From positions 32,001 to 96,000 of the IMG/VR virus record IMGVR_UViG_3300025389_000014: DNA of 64,000 nucleotides; one strand, 5' to 3'. Position 1 is the first letter of the stretch; each line of letters begins with the position of its first letter. This document shows, piece by piece, positions 12,801 to 20,814 of this stretch. Origin of the DNA: a virus (lineage: Duplodnaviria; Caudoviricetes). The position numbers and the translations under genes were made by a program. The notes under the pieces were generated by a model. It saw nothing but the letters and a program-made list of their open reading frames with translations. It was not told the origin of the DNA and made no database searches.

Positions 12801-15800
12801 ATTGACACTGATGTCAACTCCGCCCGATACACTAGTAGCCGCATAACTGCTGATACTGCTGGTAGTGATCGCTAGTGAGCCTAGTACAGTTAGATCACCA
12901 CCTACGACTAGATTTTTTCCAATACCAACACCACCGGCCACGATCAGGGCACCTGTAGTAGTACTGGTACTATTTTCTGTAGATGTAATGTCTAGATTAG
13001 TGCTGGTCGAAGATCCACTGATGATCAGCGATCCGCCCACATTTAGGTTGCCGCCAATACCTACACCACCCGATACTATCAGAGCACCTGTAGTAGTGCT
13101 GGTACTGCCAGCATTGTTGTTGATCTGTGTTTGATTACCAGTAGCACTGGTTCCACCTGCGGTTACAGCGATACTGAAAGATTTAGTAACACTCTGTGGT
13201 TGGCTGTCGGTTACTGTAATATTAAAAGAAGTAGCTGAACTGACCACAGACGGTGTACCACTGACAACACCTGTGCTGGAATTTAGACTCAATCCCGCAG
13301 GCAGTGCAGGAGTGATAGAGTAGCTGTATGGACTGACTCCGCCTAGTACCTGTACAGGACTAAAATTAGCCGCTTGATTTTGTGGTAGACTGACGTTCTG
13401 ATTGCCAACAGTTACGCTGAGTGCGGAAGGCGCAGTTTGGAATACGCTGAGGTTAAACGAACCAGTCGACGATTGATTTATGCCGTCTGTGATAGTTACT
13501 ATATAAGAACTAGTTCCGCTGGTCGCAGTAGGAGTACCTGTGATCTGTCCTGTACCTGAATTGAAACTCAACCCTGCAGGTAAACTGGTGCTTAGGCTAT
13601 AGCTTAGACTGCCATATCCTCCCGATCCTGTGACTGGTGTAAAAGGATTGGCTAATTGATATACTACCAGTGTAGTCGAAGGAACTGAGACTGTGGCTAC
13701 TACCGCCTGTGGTGCTACCGCTAGGCTAAAATTACTGCTGGTAGTCTGACTGATAGGATCAGTTATGGTTATAGTATAGGTAGCAGTGGTACTAGTAGTA
13801 CTAGGTGCTCCGTTGATTTGTCCATTAGTTGAATTTAATATCAGTCCTGAAGGCAATCCAGGCAGTACACTGTAACTGTAAGCGCCGTAGCCGCCTGATC
13901 CTGTGACTGGAGCCACAGGTGAAAGATATAGTCCAGCATACGCAGTGATTGATCCGTTAACAGTAGTAGCTACCAATGCAGCCGGTGGTATGACCTGTAG
14001 ATTCAGTGTCTGGCTAGTTGTAGAACTGACAGCATCAGTGATAGTAATAGTGTAGGCTGTTGGTCCTACTGTGGCTGTTGGAGTTCCAGATATAACACCT
14101 GTGCTAGAATTTAGACTGAGTCCTGTGACCAAACCTGGTGTTATAGAATAAACTACCGGTGCTGTTCCACCTACATAGGTAACTGGAGTAAACGGTGTTA
14201 CTGCTACATATTCTGTCAGTGTAGCCACACTGATTACGCTAGTCGATGTCAGTGCCGGACTAGAAACTGTTAGATAAAATGAACTAGAACTGATCTGTCC
14301 AATGCTGTCTACTCCAACTACTTGATATGCTGTCTGTGAACTGGCCTGTGTTGGTGTTCCTGTTATCTGTCCTTGAGATGAAAAAGCCAATCCAGCGGAT
14401 AAACTAGGATTGACGCTTAAGGTAATACTGCCGTATCCGCCAGAAGCCTGTACAGGTGTAAACGGTGTTACAGCCACCGATCTAGTCAATGTGGTAGCAG
14501 TCACTACTGTAGTCAGTGTCAGTGCTGTAGGATTAGCAATGCTGATCGAGAACGTTCCTGTGCCTGCATGACCAACTGTATCAGTGATGGTGACTGCGTA
14601 ATTAGATGTGTTGGCCACTGTTGGTGTGCCAGACACAAATCCTGTGGCTGTATTGAATACTAATCCTGTGGCCAGTGCAGGGTAAACACTGTAGTTGTAA
14701 GGTGTCGCTCCTCCGGCGGCTGTGACTGGTTGGAAGCCAGTAGCACTGACTCCGCGAGTCATGTTGGTTGAAGGCACAGCTACTGAAACTGAAAATGCCG
14801 GTGTTAGTACTGTAAGATTAAAACTGTTGCTGGCAGTTTGGCCTGCTTGATCATTTACCGTGATGGTAAATGTAGTAGCATTGACTAGATAGGCAGTAGG
14901 AGTTCCACTGATCTGTCCAGAAGTAGTATCAAATGTCAATCCCGCAGGCAGTGTAGGAGCTATACTATAAGTTAGTGTACCATATCCGCCTGTAGCAGAT
15001 ACAGGTGTAAATGGTGTGGCTGCTACACCCTGTGTCAGTGTTAGATTGCTAACTGACTTAGTAAGGCTAATAGCTGTAGGATTCAGTACAGTAAGGCTAA
15101 AAGAACTAGTTCCTACTTGACTAGCAGAATCTGTAACAGCTACTACATAGCTAGTAGCAGGACTGCTGGTTGTAGCGACACCCGATATATAACCGCTGCT
15201 GGTACTGAATGCCAATCCAGATGGTAAACTAGGAGTTACAGTATAGGCATAAGGAGTATAACCACCACTGGCTGTTACTGGAATGAATGTGCTGAATGTA
15301 ACATTGCGATATAGCAGTGTGCTAGGAACCTGTGTAGCTACTGAGATCGGAACACTGCTGACGCTTAGAGCAAAGGTTCCGGTGGCTGTTTGACCTCCTT
15401 GATCAGCTAGACTTACTGTATAGGTAGCTGTAGAGCTGGTAGTGGTAGGTGTGCCGGTTACTGAACCATTGCTGGAGCTGTAGCTTAATCCAGCGGGAAG
15501 GCTAGGATTGATAGCGTAGCTGATCGTTCCGTATCCGCCATTGGCTCGTACAGGAGTAAATGCTGTTACCGCTGTGGCCCTATAGAGATTATAACTAGGC
15601 TGTGTTTGTATAGCGGTCAACGGAGTAAGATTGTTGATCGTTAGATTAAATGTCTGGCTGGCTGACTGATTTAGACTGTCAACTACAGCGATGGTAAAAT
15701 TAGTAGCCGCTAATGAACTAGAAGGCACTCCGCTAATGGCTCCAGTACTAGTGGTAAATGTCAGTCCACTAGGTAAACTAGGCGTTATCGTATAGCGTAA

Positions 15801-16775
15801 AGGTGCTGTACCTCCTGCTCCTGTTACCGGTATAAATGAAGTAAAACTAACACCTTGCGTTAATGTCTTATTGGGAATAGCCAGCGTTGCTGTAGGTACA
15901 TTGGCCTGTACTAATAGATTAAATGATGCTGTGGCTGTCTGTACGGGACTGCTCTGATCCTGTGCTGTTACAGTATAGGCTGTCAGGCTAGCACTTACTG
16001 TAGGGGTTCCGCTGATGTGTCCTGTGCTAGTGCTAAATGCTAGACTAGTAGGCAATGATGGGCTGATGCTGTAGGTTATGCTACCACTACCGCCAGCCGA
16101 GCTCACTGTGGCTAGGTCACCGATTGATACTCCTTGTGTTAATACCTGATTGGTAGTGAGTAAATTGGTCAGAGTCAAAGGACTCTGATTGCTCAATACC
16201 GCTAGACTAAAGCTAGCATTAGCAGTTAATCCGCTGGCATCAGTGAAACTCACTGTATAAGCCTGTGAAGGACTTGCGGCCGAGGTAGTTCCACTGACTA
16301 CTATGTTAGCAGAGTTATATAGATAGTAGTTGCTATCTACTGAGTTTAATTGTTTTAGTGTGGTAAATGTTGATGTAAAACTCAATCCTGCCGGCAGGCT
16401 AGGACTTATAGTTACGTTATAACCAACGAATGTTCCAGATGTATTATAGCTGGTAGCTACTGCTGATCCACCATAGATGCTGACAGGAGTAAAATTCGCG
16501 GCCTGCCCCTGTGTAACTGTCTGGCTAGGCACTAGTACCGTAGTAGTTAGTCCAGGAACAGTCGGCGGTTGTGTGCTGGTGCCTGGAATGTAGGGATTAG
16601 TTAAACCGTGATCTGATGCAGACGGGGCATAGTTACTCCATACCAAACTTAGTGTTTTAGTAAGTTTGGTTAACCCGCTGACACTGCTGACTACGATATC
16701 ACCAGTGCTGGTACTGTATTGTTTTAAGGTGGTACTAGGGGTCGAACTAGGGTGAGGATAATAATAAATTGCCAT
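3870..16775 (-). CDS. Giant fibre/adhesin protein (4301 aa): 12 putative Ig (He_PIG-like) domains, ~28 TTTGALxVxGGxGxG repeats, four collagen-like blocks, four GxxWWDSQVG modules
   Basis: Domains read directly from the translation: LP.GL.F...TG.ISGTPT x12, long (G-Y-T-G-S-x)n runs, and a C-terminal AFSVAMSVVFGA. Confidence 0.85.
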   Translation of the reverse strand: MAIYYYPHPSSTPSTTLKQYSTSTGDIVVSSVSGLTKLTKTLSLVWSNYAPSASDHGLTNPYIPGTSTQPPTVPGLTTTVLVPSQTVTQGQAANFTPVSIYGGSAVATSYNTSGTFVGYNVTISPSLPAGLSFTSTFTTLKQLNSVDSNYYLYNSANIVVSGTTSAASPSQAYTVSFTDASGLTANASFSLAVLSNQSPLTLTNLLTTNQVLTQGVSIGDLATVSSAGGSGSITYSISPSLPTSLAFSTSTGHISGTPTVSASLTAYTVTAQDQSSPVQTATASFNLLVQANVPTATLAIPNKTLTQGVSFTSFIPVTGAGGTAPLRYTITPSLPSGLTFTTSTGAISGVPSSSLAATNFTIAVVDSLNQSASQTFNLTINNLTPLTAIQTQPSYNLYRATAVTAFTPVRANGGYGTISYAINPSLPAGLSYSSSNGSVTGTPTTTSSTATYTVSLADQGGQTATGTFALSVSSVPISVATQVPSTLLYRNVTFSTFIPVTASGGYTPYAYTVTPSLPSGLAFSTSSGYISGVATTSSPATSYVVAVTDSASQVGTSSFSLTVLNPTAISLTKSVSNLTLTQGVAATPFTPVSATGGYGTLTYSIAPTLPAGLTFDTTSGQISGTPTAYLVNATTFTITVNDQAGQTASNSFNLTVLTPAFSVSVAVPSTNMTRGVSATGFQPVTAAGGATPYNYSVYPALATGLVFNTATGFVSGTPTVANTSNYAVTITDTVGHAGTGTFSISIANPTALTLTTVVTATTLTRSVAVTPFTPVQASGGYGSITLSVNPSLSAGLAFSSQGQITGTPTQASSQTAYQVVGVDSIGQISSSSFYLTVSSPALTSTSVISVATLTEYVAVTPFTPVTYVGGTAPVVYSITPGLVTGLSLNSSTGVISGTPTATVGPTAYTITITDAVSSTTSQTLNLQVIPPAALVATTVNGSITAYAGLYLSPVAPVTGSGGYGAYSYSVLPGLPSGLILNSTNGQINGAPSTTSTTATYTITITDPISQTTSSNFSLAVAPQAVVATVSVPSTTLVVYQLANPFTPVTGSGGYGSLSYSLSTSLPAGLSFNSGTGQITGTPTATSGTSSYIVTITDGINQSSTGSFNLSVFQTAPSALSVTVGNQNVSLPQNQAANFSPVQVLGGVSPYSYSITPALPAGLSLNSSTGVVSGTPSVVSSATSFNITVTDSQPQSVTKSFSIAVTAGGTSATGNQTQINNNAGSTSTTTGALIVSGGVGIGGNLNVGGSLIISGSSTSTNLDITSTENSTSTTTGALIVAGGVGIGKNLVVGGDLTVLGSLAITTSSISSYAATSVSGGVDISVNTTTGAVIVNNTSTLQTVTARGHTTTNAINITNATGSAGTNSGALTVAGGVGIGEDLYVGGVIYGTIGGANVSSTVNSATNAQNITINNSIPAQTYYVTLAEQKDGNYSALDADSNLTYDSSLQVLTVGGVAITNQTSSTNTYTGALTVAGGVGIGGDLFVGGELFVNKANIITTSSGVSFIQASLQAGPGISLTTATDYTRINNTGVLYISAGTDISVNTNTGNVTISDVSTLQSVTSRGSSTNQLITITNGTNSINSTTGALQVTGGVGIGGNLNVGGAMQVWGPVTFSSPVTFSGTATYSLSSNTYYTDNILEVHVPPGGVYGSWPSDDGKDVGLRFHYYNRTLGSDSNAALVLADDSQYLEWYNTGAESSTGTFYGAGYGTFKTGNIILASTASSSDVNSGALTVAGGVGVGGAVYINTTSYIAGAIIVTTATIAQWAYLGPQGYTGSIGFTGSRGYTGSQGYTGSLGYTGSIGFTGSQGYSGSQGYTGSIGFTGSQGYDGSQGYTGSQGYTGSQGVIGYIGSQGVIGYDGSQGYTGSTGYTGSQGYTGSLGYTGSTGYTGSIGYVGSTGYTGSEGYTGSQGYTGSIGFTGSTGYTGSQGDIGYTGSQGDIGYTGSQGDIGYTGSQGYYGSQGYTGSLGYTGSTGYTGSQGYAGSQGYTGSQGYTGSQGYTGSLGYVGSQGYDGSQGYTGSRGYTGSIGFTGSQGYTGSLGYTGSQGYIGSQGDIGYTGSQGDTGYVGSQGYVGSQGYDGSQGYTGSTGYTGSQGYTGSLGYTGSQGYAGSQGYTGSQGYAGSQGYTGSTGFTGSLGYTGSLGYVGSQGYTGSLGYTGSQGYTGSTGFTGSLGYTGSLGYTGSEGYTGSQGYTGSQGYTGSQGYDGSQGYTGSIGYTGSTGSFTGTTDLQIITTNPTQSTGTNSGALQVTGGAGIGGDLYVGGKIVAQELDIQYTTVTTTLITTPDVFTITNTTTSISTGTGALVVAGGVGIGSNLWVQGAIYLNGNSIGYGYTGSLGYTGSIGYTGSTGYIGSQGYTGSLGYIGSTGFTGSVGYTGSIGYTGSGGYTGSGGYTGSQGYGGSQGYAGSQGDIGYTGSQGDLGYTGSQGYAGSQGYTGSQGYAGSQGYNGSQGYTGSLGYAGSQGYAGSQGYTGSTGYTGSTGYNGSQGYTGSVGLTGSTGNQGPLGYTGSTGYTGSTGYIGSTGYTGSQGYDGSQGYTGSQGYTGSTGYWGSIGYTGSQGYYGSIGYVGSQGYSGSQGYTGSVGLTGSTGNQGPLGYTGSTGYWGSVGYTGSVGYVGSQGSFTGTTAFQIITTNTSSSTSTTTGALIVTGGAGIGKDLWVGGNINVAGSINLTASSSFTDFTATTGTFQTVIITSSTNTTSTTTGALTVAGGIGVGGGIFAGGVITATSLSVSGAGGDITGVVNIIGIGTFTAGSFTATSVTPSTSTTTGALVVAGGVGVGGAMYINTTSYIAGAQIVTTATLSALGGIGYTGSIGYTGSAGYTGSAGYTGSTGYTGSVGYTGSTGTQGVIGYTGSIGYVGSQGASGSFTGTTTSTVFINNTTSSTSTTTGALVVAGGVGIGGAVYINTTSYIAGAQIVTTATIANFAVTSATFSQYSTTATSVLISTSSSATNYFLTFVSTTTGTLSIINDAGTNLVYNPGVGVFSINNTTSSTSTTTGALTVAGGVGVGGSVYIGNTSYINGAQIITTATIGNYAAAGGSASITISDTAPSNPTNGALWWDSQVGTLAIYYTGTWVDAVTQNIFNGGTITAPLIVSNTTSSISTNTGAVQIAGGLGVAGNIYAGGQIYAGGIQVDVGSTFTNLTISGTATSTSTTTGALTVAGGVGIGGNLVVGGTITANQLNIVYTTITQTQITSPDIFTITNTTLATSTSSAALTVAGGVGLGGNLIVGSTASSTSTTTGAVVIAGGLGVAGTINAGGLFVNGSLVSSVTVSDTAPSGAAQGQFWWDSQVGTLAIYYNGAWVDAVTQNIFNGGTISSALNISNSTSATSTATGALIVGGGVGVGGAVYIANTSYINGAQIITTATIALYGGVGYTGSIGYTGSIGYTGSTGTQGSIGYTGSIGYTGSAGTQGSIGYTGSIGYTGSTGTQGSIGYTGSTGTQGVIGYTGSAGVSTTSSYATTATTSSYATTASNILLSTVSSNQSYYITFVSTTTGTINVVSDAGSKLTYNPSTGVLTNAGTATTTSTLTGALVVTGGVGIGGNLAIGGGIYAGGSTGTNGQYLQSTGAGIQWVSLSSSFTGGAVANATQFNNTTSSTSTTTGAVTIAGGLGVQGNINFGGNLYQNGVLFTGGGGGSASITVSDTPPTTTTNGALWWDSQVGNLAIYYSAAGAWVDAVSQYQFNGGIVTGVTQFTNTASTTSTTTGALVVTGGVGIGGGLIVGGNVTATNFYISGGIQVDAGSTLTNLLLNSTASTTSTTTGALVVTGGVGIGGGLVVGGNVTATNFYITGGIQVDSGSTLTNLILNSTASTTSTTTGALVVAGGVGIGGNLVVGGSITAQQLNIVYTTITQTQITSPDIFTITNATSATSTITGALVVAGGVGIGGALYVNGEVNVSTATSTGTNTGALVIAGGLGVGGNIYAGGLIYANGALVSNVIISDTPPPNPTAGQFWWDSQVGNLAIWYVSGGSGQWVDAVSQTLFNGGVVANAMTIQATTSATSTLTGALIVGGGVGISGAIYAANTSYIAGAQVITTATIANYAAGGVITGTTATFVISNTTSSTSTTTGALQVTGGAGIGGSVYIANTSYIAGAQIITTATIFNYAVATATFATFASTASSLIVNTSSASAQYYITFLNTTSGTTSVITDAGSSLTYNPALGQLVSPVHLVTSSTVSIGTQSGALVVTGGAGIGGSLYAGNIYSNGSQLVPGAIQEFTATQGQSIFTVTGGYTVGSIIASANGITLGSSDYTASNGTTIVLNSARNAGDVVRVFYGMFAPATNVNAQKAFSVAMSVVFGA
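6420..6660 (-). repeat. Collagen-like block 4 (short)
   Basis: GVGYTGSIGYTGS...GTQGVIGYTGSAG. Confidence 0.85.
8185..8365 (-). repeat. Collagen-like block 3 (short)
   Basis: GIGYTGSIGYTGSAG...GSQGASG. Confidence 0.85.
8921..9795 (-). repeat. Collagen-like block 2, containing an exact 83-bp duplication (8977-9059 = 9247-9329)
   Basis: GYTGSx runs. The sequence ccagtactacctgtataacctaatggccc...ccctgtgatcc occurs twice, 270 bp apart. Confidence 0.9.
10114..11472 (-). repeat. Collagen-like block 1, about 150 Gly-X-Y triplets in (GYTGSx)n, 18-bp periodicity
   Basis: Continuous GYTGS[Q/L/T/I] hexapeptides from GPQGYTGS to GSTGSFTG. Confidence 0.9.
13160..16560 (-). repeat. Tandem array of 12 Ig-like (He_PIG-type) domains of ~90 aa
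   Basis: Twelve copies of PV...GG.....Y...P.LP.GL.F....G.ISGTPT......Y.V...D counted by eye. Confidence 0.8.
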
Positions 16776-16778
16776 GGT

Positions 16779-17282
16779 TTATCCTAGGCTTACCGGGGTT
16801 ATATCAAAAAATTGCACTAGTCCATTTCCTTGATCAAGCATCATATAAATGTGGTTTGGAGTACCACCAAAACTACCATCGTCAAAATAAGTGTCTCCTG
16901 TTTCTACATATCCGCCTTGTACTGTGGGAGCGAATACTATTCCTGGGTCTATATTAAGATAGTTAGCTACCGCTACAAATCTAGAATTGGTCCAAGCAAC
17001 CGGAGCTCGAGTAGACTGTACAGATCCGTCTGCAAAGGTAATACTGCCGGTAGATATCGCATCATAGTTGATTTCTACAGGAAATGCCTCAGATGCTCCA
17101 ATTTTAATTCCGGACAAGCTAAGATTGCCACCAACATATAGATCTTTGCCAATGCCTGCACCACCTGCTACAGTCAAGGCGCCGGTCGTGGTAGAAGAAG
17201 CGTTGCTAGTTGATAGTATTGTAGCCGTGGTAGAAACCACGAGGCCATTTTTGACTAAAAAGTCAACTGAATTTAACGACAT
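16779..17282 (-). CDS. Small fibre-associated protein (167 aa; start re-called at ATG 17282, MSLNSVDFLVKNG)
   Basis: The upstream extension in the ORF track crosses a late promoter and a terminator. The protein has the DFxVxxGL N-terminal motif and one TTTGALTVAGG repeat. Confidence 0.75.
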   Translation of the reverse strand: MSLNSVDFLVKNGLVVSTTATILSTSNASSTTTGALTVAGGAGIGKDLYVGGNLSLSGIKIGASEAFPVEINYDAISTGSITFADGSVQSTRAPVAWTNSRFVAVANYLNIDPGIVFAPTVQGGYVETGDTYFDDGSFGGTPNHIYMMLDQGNGLVQFFDITPVSLG

Positions 17283-17320
17283 TCTCGCCAGCTTCCCTTT
17301 CCACTTAACGATGTTAGTAC

Positions 17321-17328
17321 TATTTAGC
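17321..17328 (-). promoter_or_regulatory. gp55-type late promoter (GCTAAATA)
   Basis: TAAATA core just downstream of a terminator and upstream of the 17282 start and the giant fibre gene. Confidence 0.7.
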
Positions 17329-17340
17329 AGAACTGTAATA

Positions 17341-17373
17341 TATAAAAGAAAACAGGGCCCGAAGGCCCTGTTT
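17341..17373 (-). terminator. Rho-independent terminator with cUUCGg tetraloop
   Basis: AAACAGGGCC-TTCG-GGCCCTGTTT followed by TCTTTT on the minus strand, after the 1125-aa gene. Confidence 0.9.
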
Positions 17374-17387
17374 ATCATCTAGTTGTA

Positions 17388-20300
17388 TTAACAGTAGCTT
17401 TCGGCTGATGTTAATATGCTTTGGCGTACTATCTGGATGGTTCCTGTTAGAGAAGCAGCCGGAGTGAATTTCAATTCTATATTACTTCCACTAAAGTCAC
17501 TATCAAATGTACCTAGTGCAGATCCTGTAGTGTAGATTATACCATATTCGCTGATATAGATATTAGTCTGATCTTGTACCAACATGATTTCTTCGATATG
17601 TATACCACCGCTGGTATATATTTGTACTAGATATTTGGCGCTGGTATAGAGTGTTTTATCCCAAGTATCTATAACGACCGCAGATGCTTGGCTAGCGACC
17701 TTGACGGTTCTAGCAGCCTGCATGTTATTGAGTAAGTAGAAACCATCTATCGAACCAGAATCACCAGTGCCAGGACTATTGCCGTTTAGATTACTGATAG
17801 CACTGTCATAGCTACCAGTTCCACCAAAATCACCAGCACTAATAACTCCGCCAGCTTTGATGTTCTTGGCAGCACTGATGCTTCCTTGTGTTCCAATGCT
17901 AGCATCTTGTACTGATTTGCCTGGGAATGTACCATCATCTGTGTTAGTAACATAGATGTGACCTGTTGCAGTAGTAGTACCATTTATAGATACATTTTGT
18001 AAATAGGCTGTACCTGTTGATACGATGTCTAAGAAAGTACCAGTGCTTCCAGTTATCTTATCAACACCAGTTAGACTATTACCTTGTACATACAATGTAC
18101 CATCGACGAATACATCACTGTTGAATGTAGCAGTCTGATTAAATTTTGATGTAGCACCAACATACAGTGTGTTAGTAGCTGTTACTGTAGCCAGATAGGC
18201 TGTACCGGTTGATACGATATCTTGGAATGTACCAGTACTTCCAGTGATCTTATCTACACCAGTTAGGCTATGACCTTGTACATACAGTGTACCATCTACA
18301 TAAACATCACTGTTAAATGTGGCAGTTGATCCAACATATAGTGTATTAGTAGCTGTTACTGTAGCTAGATAGGCTGTACCAGTTGATACTATGTCAACGA
18401 ATGTACCAGTTGATCCAGTAATTTTATCGATGCCTGTTAGGCTCGTACCTTTGACATACAGTGTACCGTCAACATATAGATCGCTCTGTACTGTTAAATT
18501 GCCAGCAACTGTACCAGTAGTTCCAACATATAGATCTTTGGCAATCCCAACACCGCCAGCAACAGATACAGCACCGCCTGTAGAAGTTGTTAGTGTAGGT
18601 GCTGTTGATGTAGCTTCGAATACTGGTGCACTGACATAACCACTGCCGCCTAGTGTTACATTAGTACCATCATAGGCTAAATTTGAGTTGCTTACTAGAT
18701 TGTTGCTACCATCGATATAGGCGATAGCATTTTGCGTGGCATAGTTTAATGTAACTGAACCGCTGGTATCAACTGTAATATTGTAACCAACATATAGACT
18801 GCCATTGCCGTCGGTTGCACCAACTGACAGCGTGCCTGTACCAGAATCATATAGTAGATTAGCGTCATCTACTAGCCAAGATCCGTTGTGAAATGTAACA
18901 CGACCACTTGTTAAATTAGTAGGATCGACATATCCACCTTGTACTGTTCCGCTGCCTGTGATGTTGTTGGCACCGGTGATATCACCGCCGGTCATAGTGA
19001 TACTACCGCCACTACCACTGATATTAAGTTCAGTTCCAACTGTTAGCGTGCCTGAACCATCATAGGTCAATCCTGAGCTATCAGCTAGGGTGCCCATACC
19101 GTCTGAATTGTAAACTACACCGCCATTTGTTGTTAATGCTGTATCTTTGATACCAGTGACTGTTAGGGTAGTTCCGTCAAACTGTAAATTTGAACTGAAT
19201 GTTGTTGTGCTGGTAGCAGATTGATAAGGAATATCATACCGTACTCCGCCTGCTATGTTAGTAGCTGTACCTGAATAGTTAGCAAAATTAACTGACTGAG
19301 AACCTGCTGAAACCCAAGTAGCTGTTGTACCCGACCATGTTAACACCTGACTGTCAGCAGTTCCAGCTGGAATAAATGCTGTTACACCATTAGCTGACTG
19401 GATTGGAATGTAACCTTGTGCGCCACCATTTAGATTGTTGGCCTGTGTAACAGTACCGTGGATGGTATTTCCAACCCATAGTTCTCCAGCGATGCCTACT
19501 CCGCCTGCGACAACTAAATCACCACTGCCTGTATTACTAGCACTTGTGCCACCTACTAGATTTAATGAAGCTGCCTTGATGCCGGCATAATCATGACTTA
19601 CAAACGAACCATTGGTCTCTGTACCGTTTCTATAAAATTCAAACTCGTGGGTATCGGCCGCTAATACGAATGCGGCGTTGAGGTCACCTATACCATTTTG
19701 ATAATAATGGAAGCGTAGTCCTATGTCTTTCTGGTCATCAAATGTCCAGACCCCACTAACACCAGTACTAGTAGAGTGTAGCTCGATTAGGTTGTCTGTA
19801 TATACTGTGTTTGTACTATAAACATAAGTAGTCTGACCATTGAAGAATACATCATTTTGGAATACTGCTGTTCCCTGTACCCGTAGGCCGTTATTAATAC
19901 CAACGCCGCCTGCTACATATAATGCGTTTGCGGTCAAAGTACCTGTGCTGGATCCTGCTCCCATCACAACTAAATTCTTGCTGATGTACTCGCCGCCCGA
20001 TAGTTTTAATGAAGCCGCTCCTGATAAGGAATCAGCCGCTGTTGTATCTGTTAGAGTTGTTACACCTGCTACATTCAGTGTTGAATTTAGAGTAGTTCCT
20101 GCGCCAACATATAGAGCTCCAGTCAGTGTGCTTGCACCTACGACTGCTAAAGTACCCTGTGTCGCTACATTACCAGTAGCACCATCTACTGTGAATAAGT
20201 TGTTGTTAACGCTTAATGTGCCAGTTGAGTGGAGTGTTCCTTGTATACCAGCATTACCTGCAGAATATACATTACCAGTAGCACCATCTACAGTGAATAG

Positions 20301-20765
20301 ATTGTTGTTGACACTTAGGGTACCGGTTGAATTAAGAGTGCCCTGTATTCCGGCATTACCTTGAGAATATATATTACCCGTAGCACCATCTACAGTGAAT
20401 AGATTGTTGTTGACACTTAGGGTACCGGTTGAATTAAGAGTGCCCTGTATTCCGGCATTACCTTGAGAATATAGATTGCCGGTAGCGCCGTTTACTGTGA
20501 ATAGGTTGTTGTTAACACTGAAAGTACCTGTTGAATTTAATGCACCTTGGATACCAGTATTACCTTGTACAAATAACGTACTGTGTAATATGCCTGGACC
20601 CCAAATGCTAGCAGTACTGCCAATAACAACGTTTTGTGCAAATGCCGCTCCGCCACGAACGCTCAGCGTCCCTGCGGCTGATGAACTAGTAGTTGCAAGG
20701 TTCGTACCTTGTACGACCAGTCCAGATGCTACTACGAAATCCTGTGTTATCGATGTTAGTGCCAC
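17388..20765 (-). CDS. Fibre/virion structural protein (1125 aa) with internal tandem repeats
   Basis: GTG start with SD GGAG. Contains 34-aa repeats x4, ~58-aa repeats x3, and a C-terminal IDTW...YTSAKYLVQ...EYG domain. Confidence 0.8.
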   Translation of the reverse strand: MALTSITQDFVVASGLVVQGTNLATTSSSAAGTLSVRGGAAFAQNVVIGSTASIWGPGILHSTLFVQGNTGIQGALNSTGTFSVNNNLFTVNGATGNLYSQGNAGIQGTLNSTGTLSVNNNLFTVDGATGNIYSQGNAGIQGTLNSTGTLSVNNNLFTVDGATGNVYSAGNAGIQGTLHSTGTLSVNNNLFTVDGATGNVATQGTLAVVGASTLTGALYVGAGTTLNSTLNVAGVTTLTDTTAADSLSGAASLKLSGGEYISKNLVVMGAGSSTGTLTANALYVAGGVGINNGLRVQGTAVFQNDVFFNGQTTYVYSTNTVYTDNLIELHSTSTGVSGVWTFDDQKDIGLRFHYYQNGIGDLNAAFVLAADTHEFEFYRNGTETNGSFVSHDYAGIKAASLNLVGGTSASNTGSGDLVVAGGVGIAGELWVGNTIHGTVTQANNLNGGAQGYIPIQSANGVTAFIPAGTADSQVLTWSGTTATWVSAGSQSVNFANYSGTATNIAGGVRYDIPYQSATSTTTFSSNLQFDGTTLTVTGIKDTALTTNGGVVYNSDGMGTLADSSGLTYDGSGTLTVGTELNISGSGGSITMTGGDITGANNITGSGTVQGGYVDPTNLTSGRVTFHNGSWLVDDANLLYDSGTGTLSVGATDGNGSLYVGYNITVDTSGSVTLNYATQNAIAYIDGSNNLVSNSNLAYDGTNVTLGGSGYVSAPVFEATSTAPTLTTSTGGAVSVAGGVGIAKDLYVGTTGTVAGNLTVQSDLYVDGTLYVKGTSLTGIDKITGSTGTFVDIVSTGTAYLATVTATNTLYVGSTATFNSDVYVDGTLYVQGHSLTGVDKITGSTGTFQDIVSTGTAYLATVTATNTLYVGATSKFNQTATFNSDVFVDGTLYVQGNSLTGVDKITGSTGTFLDIVSTGTAYLQNVSINGTTTATGHIYVTNTDDGTFPGKSVQDASIGTQGSISAAKNIKAGGVISAGDFGGTGSYDSAISNLNGNSPGTGDSGSIDGFYLLNNMQAARTVKVASQASAVVIDTWDKTLYTSAKYLVQIYTSGGIHIEEIMLVQDQTNIYISEYGIIYTTGSALGTFDSDFSGSNIELKFTPAASLTGTIQIVRQSILTSAESYC
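17995..18485 (-). repeat. ~58-65-aa repeat x3
   Basis: SDxxVDGTLYVxGxSLTGxDKITGSTGTFxDIVSTGTAYL occurs three times. Confidence 0.85.
20165..20560 (-). repeat. 102-bp (34-aa) tandem repeat x4; 20278-20371 is identical to 20380-20473
   Basis: GNxYSQGNAGIQGTLNSTGTLSVNNNLFTVDGAT units with 94 bp of exact identity between two adjacent copies. Confidence 0.9.
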
Positions 20766-20814
20766 GTTGTATTCTCCAAGTTACCTGTTAGTGTTTTTTA
20801 CTGCTACTGCTATA

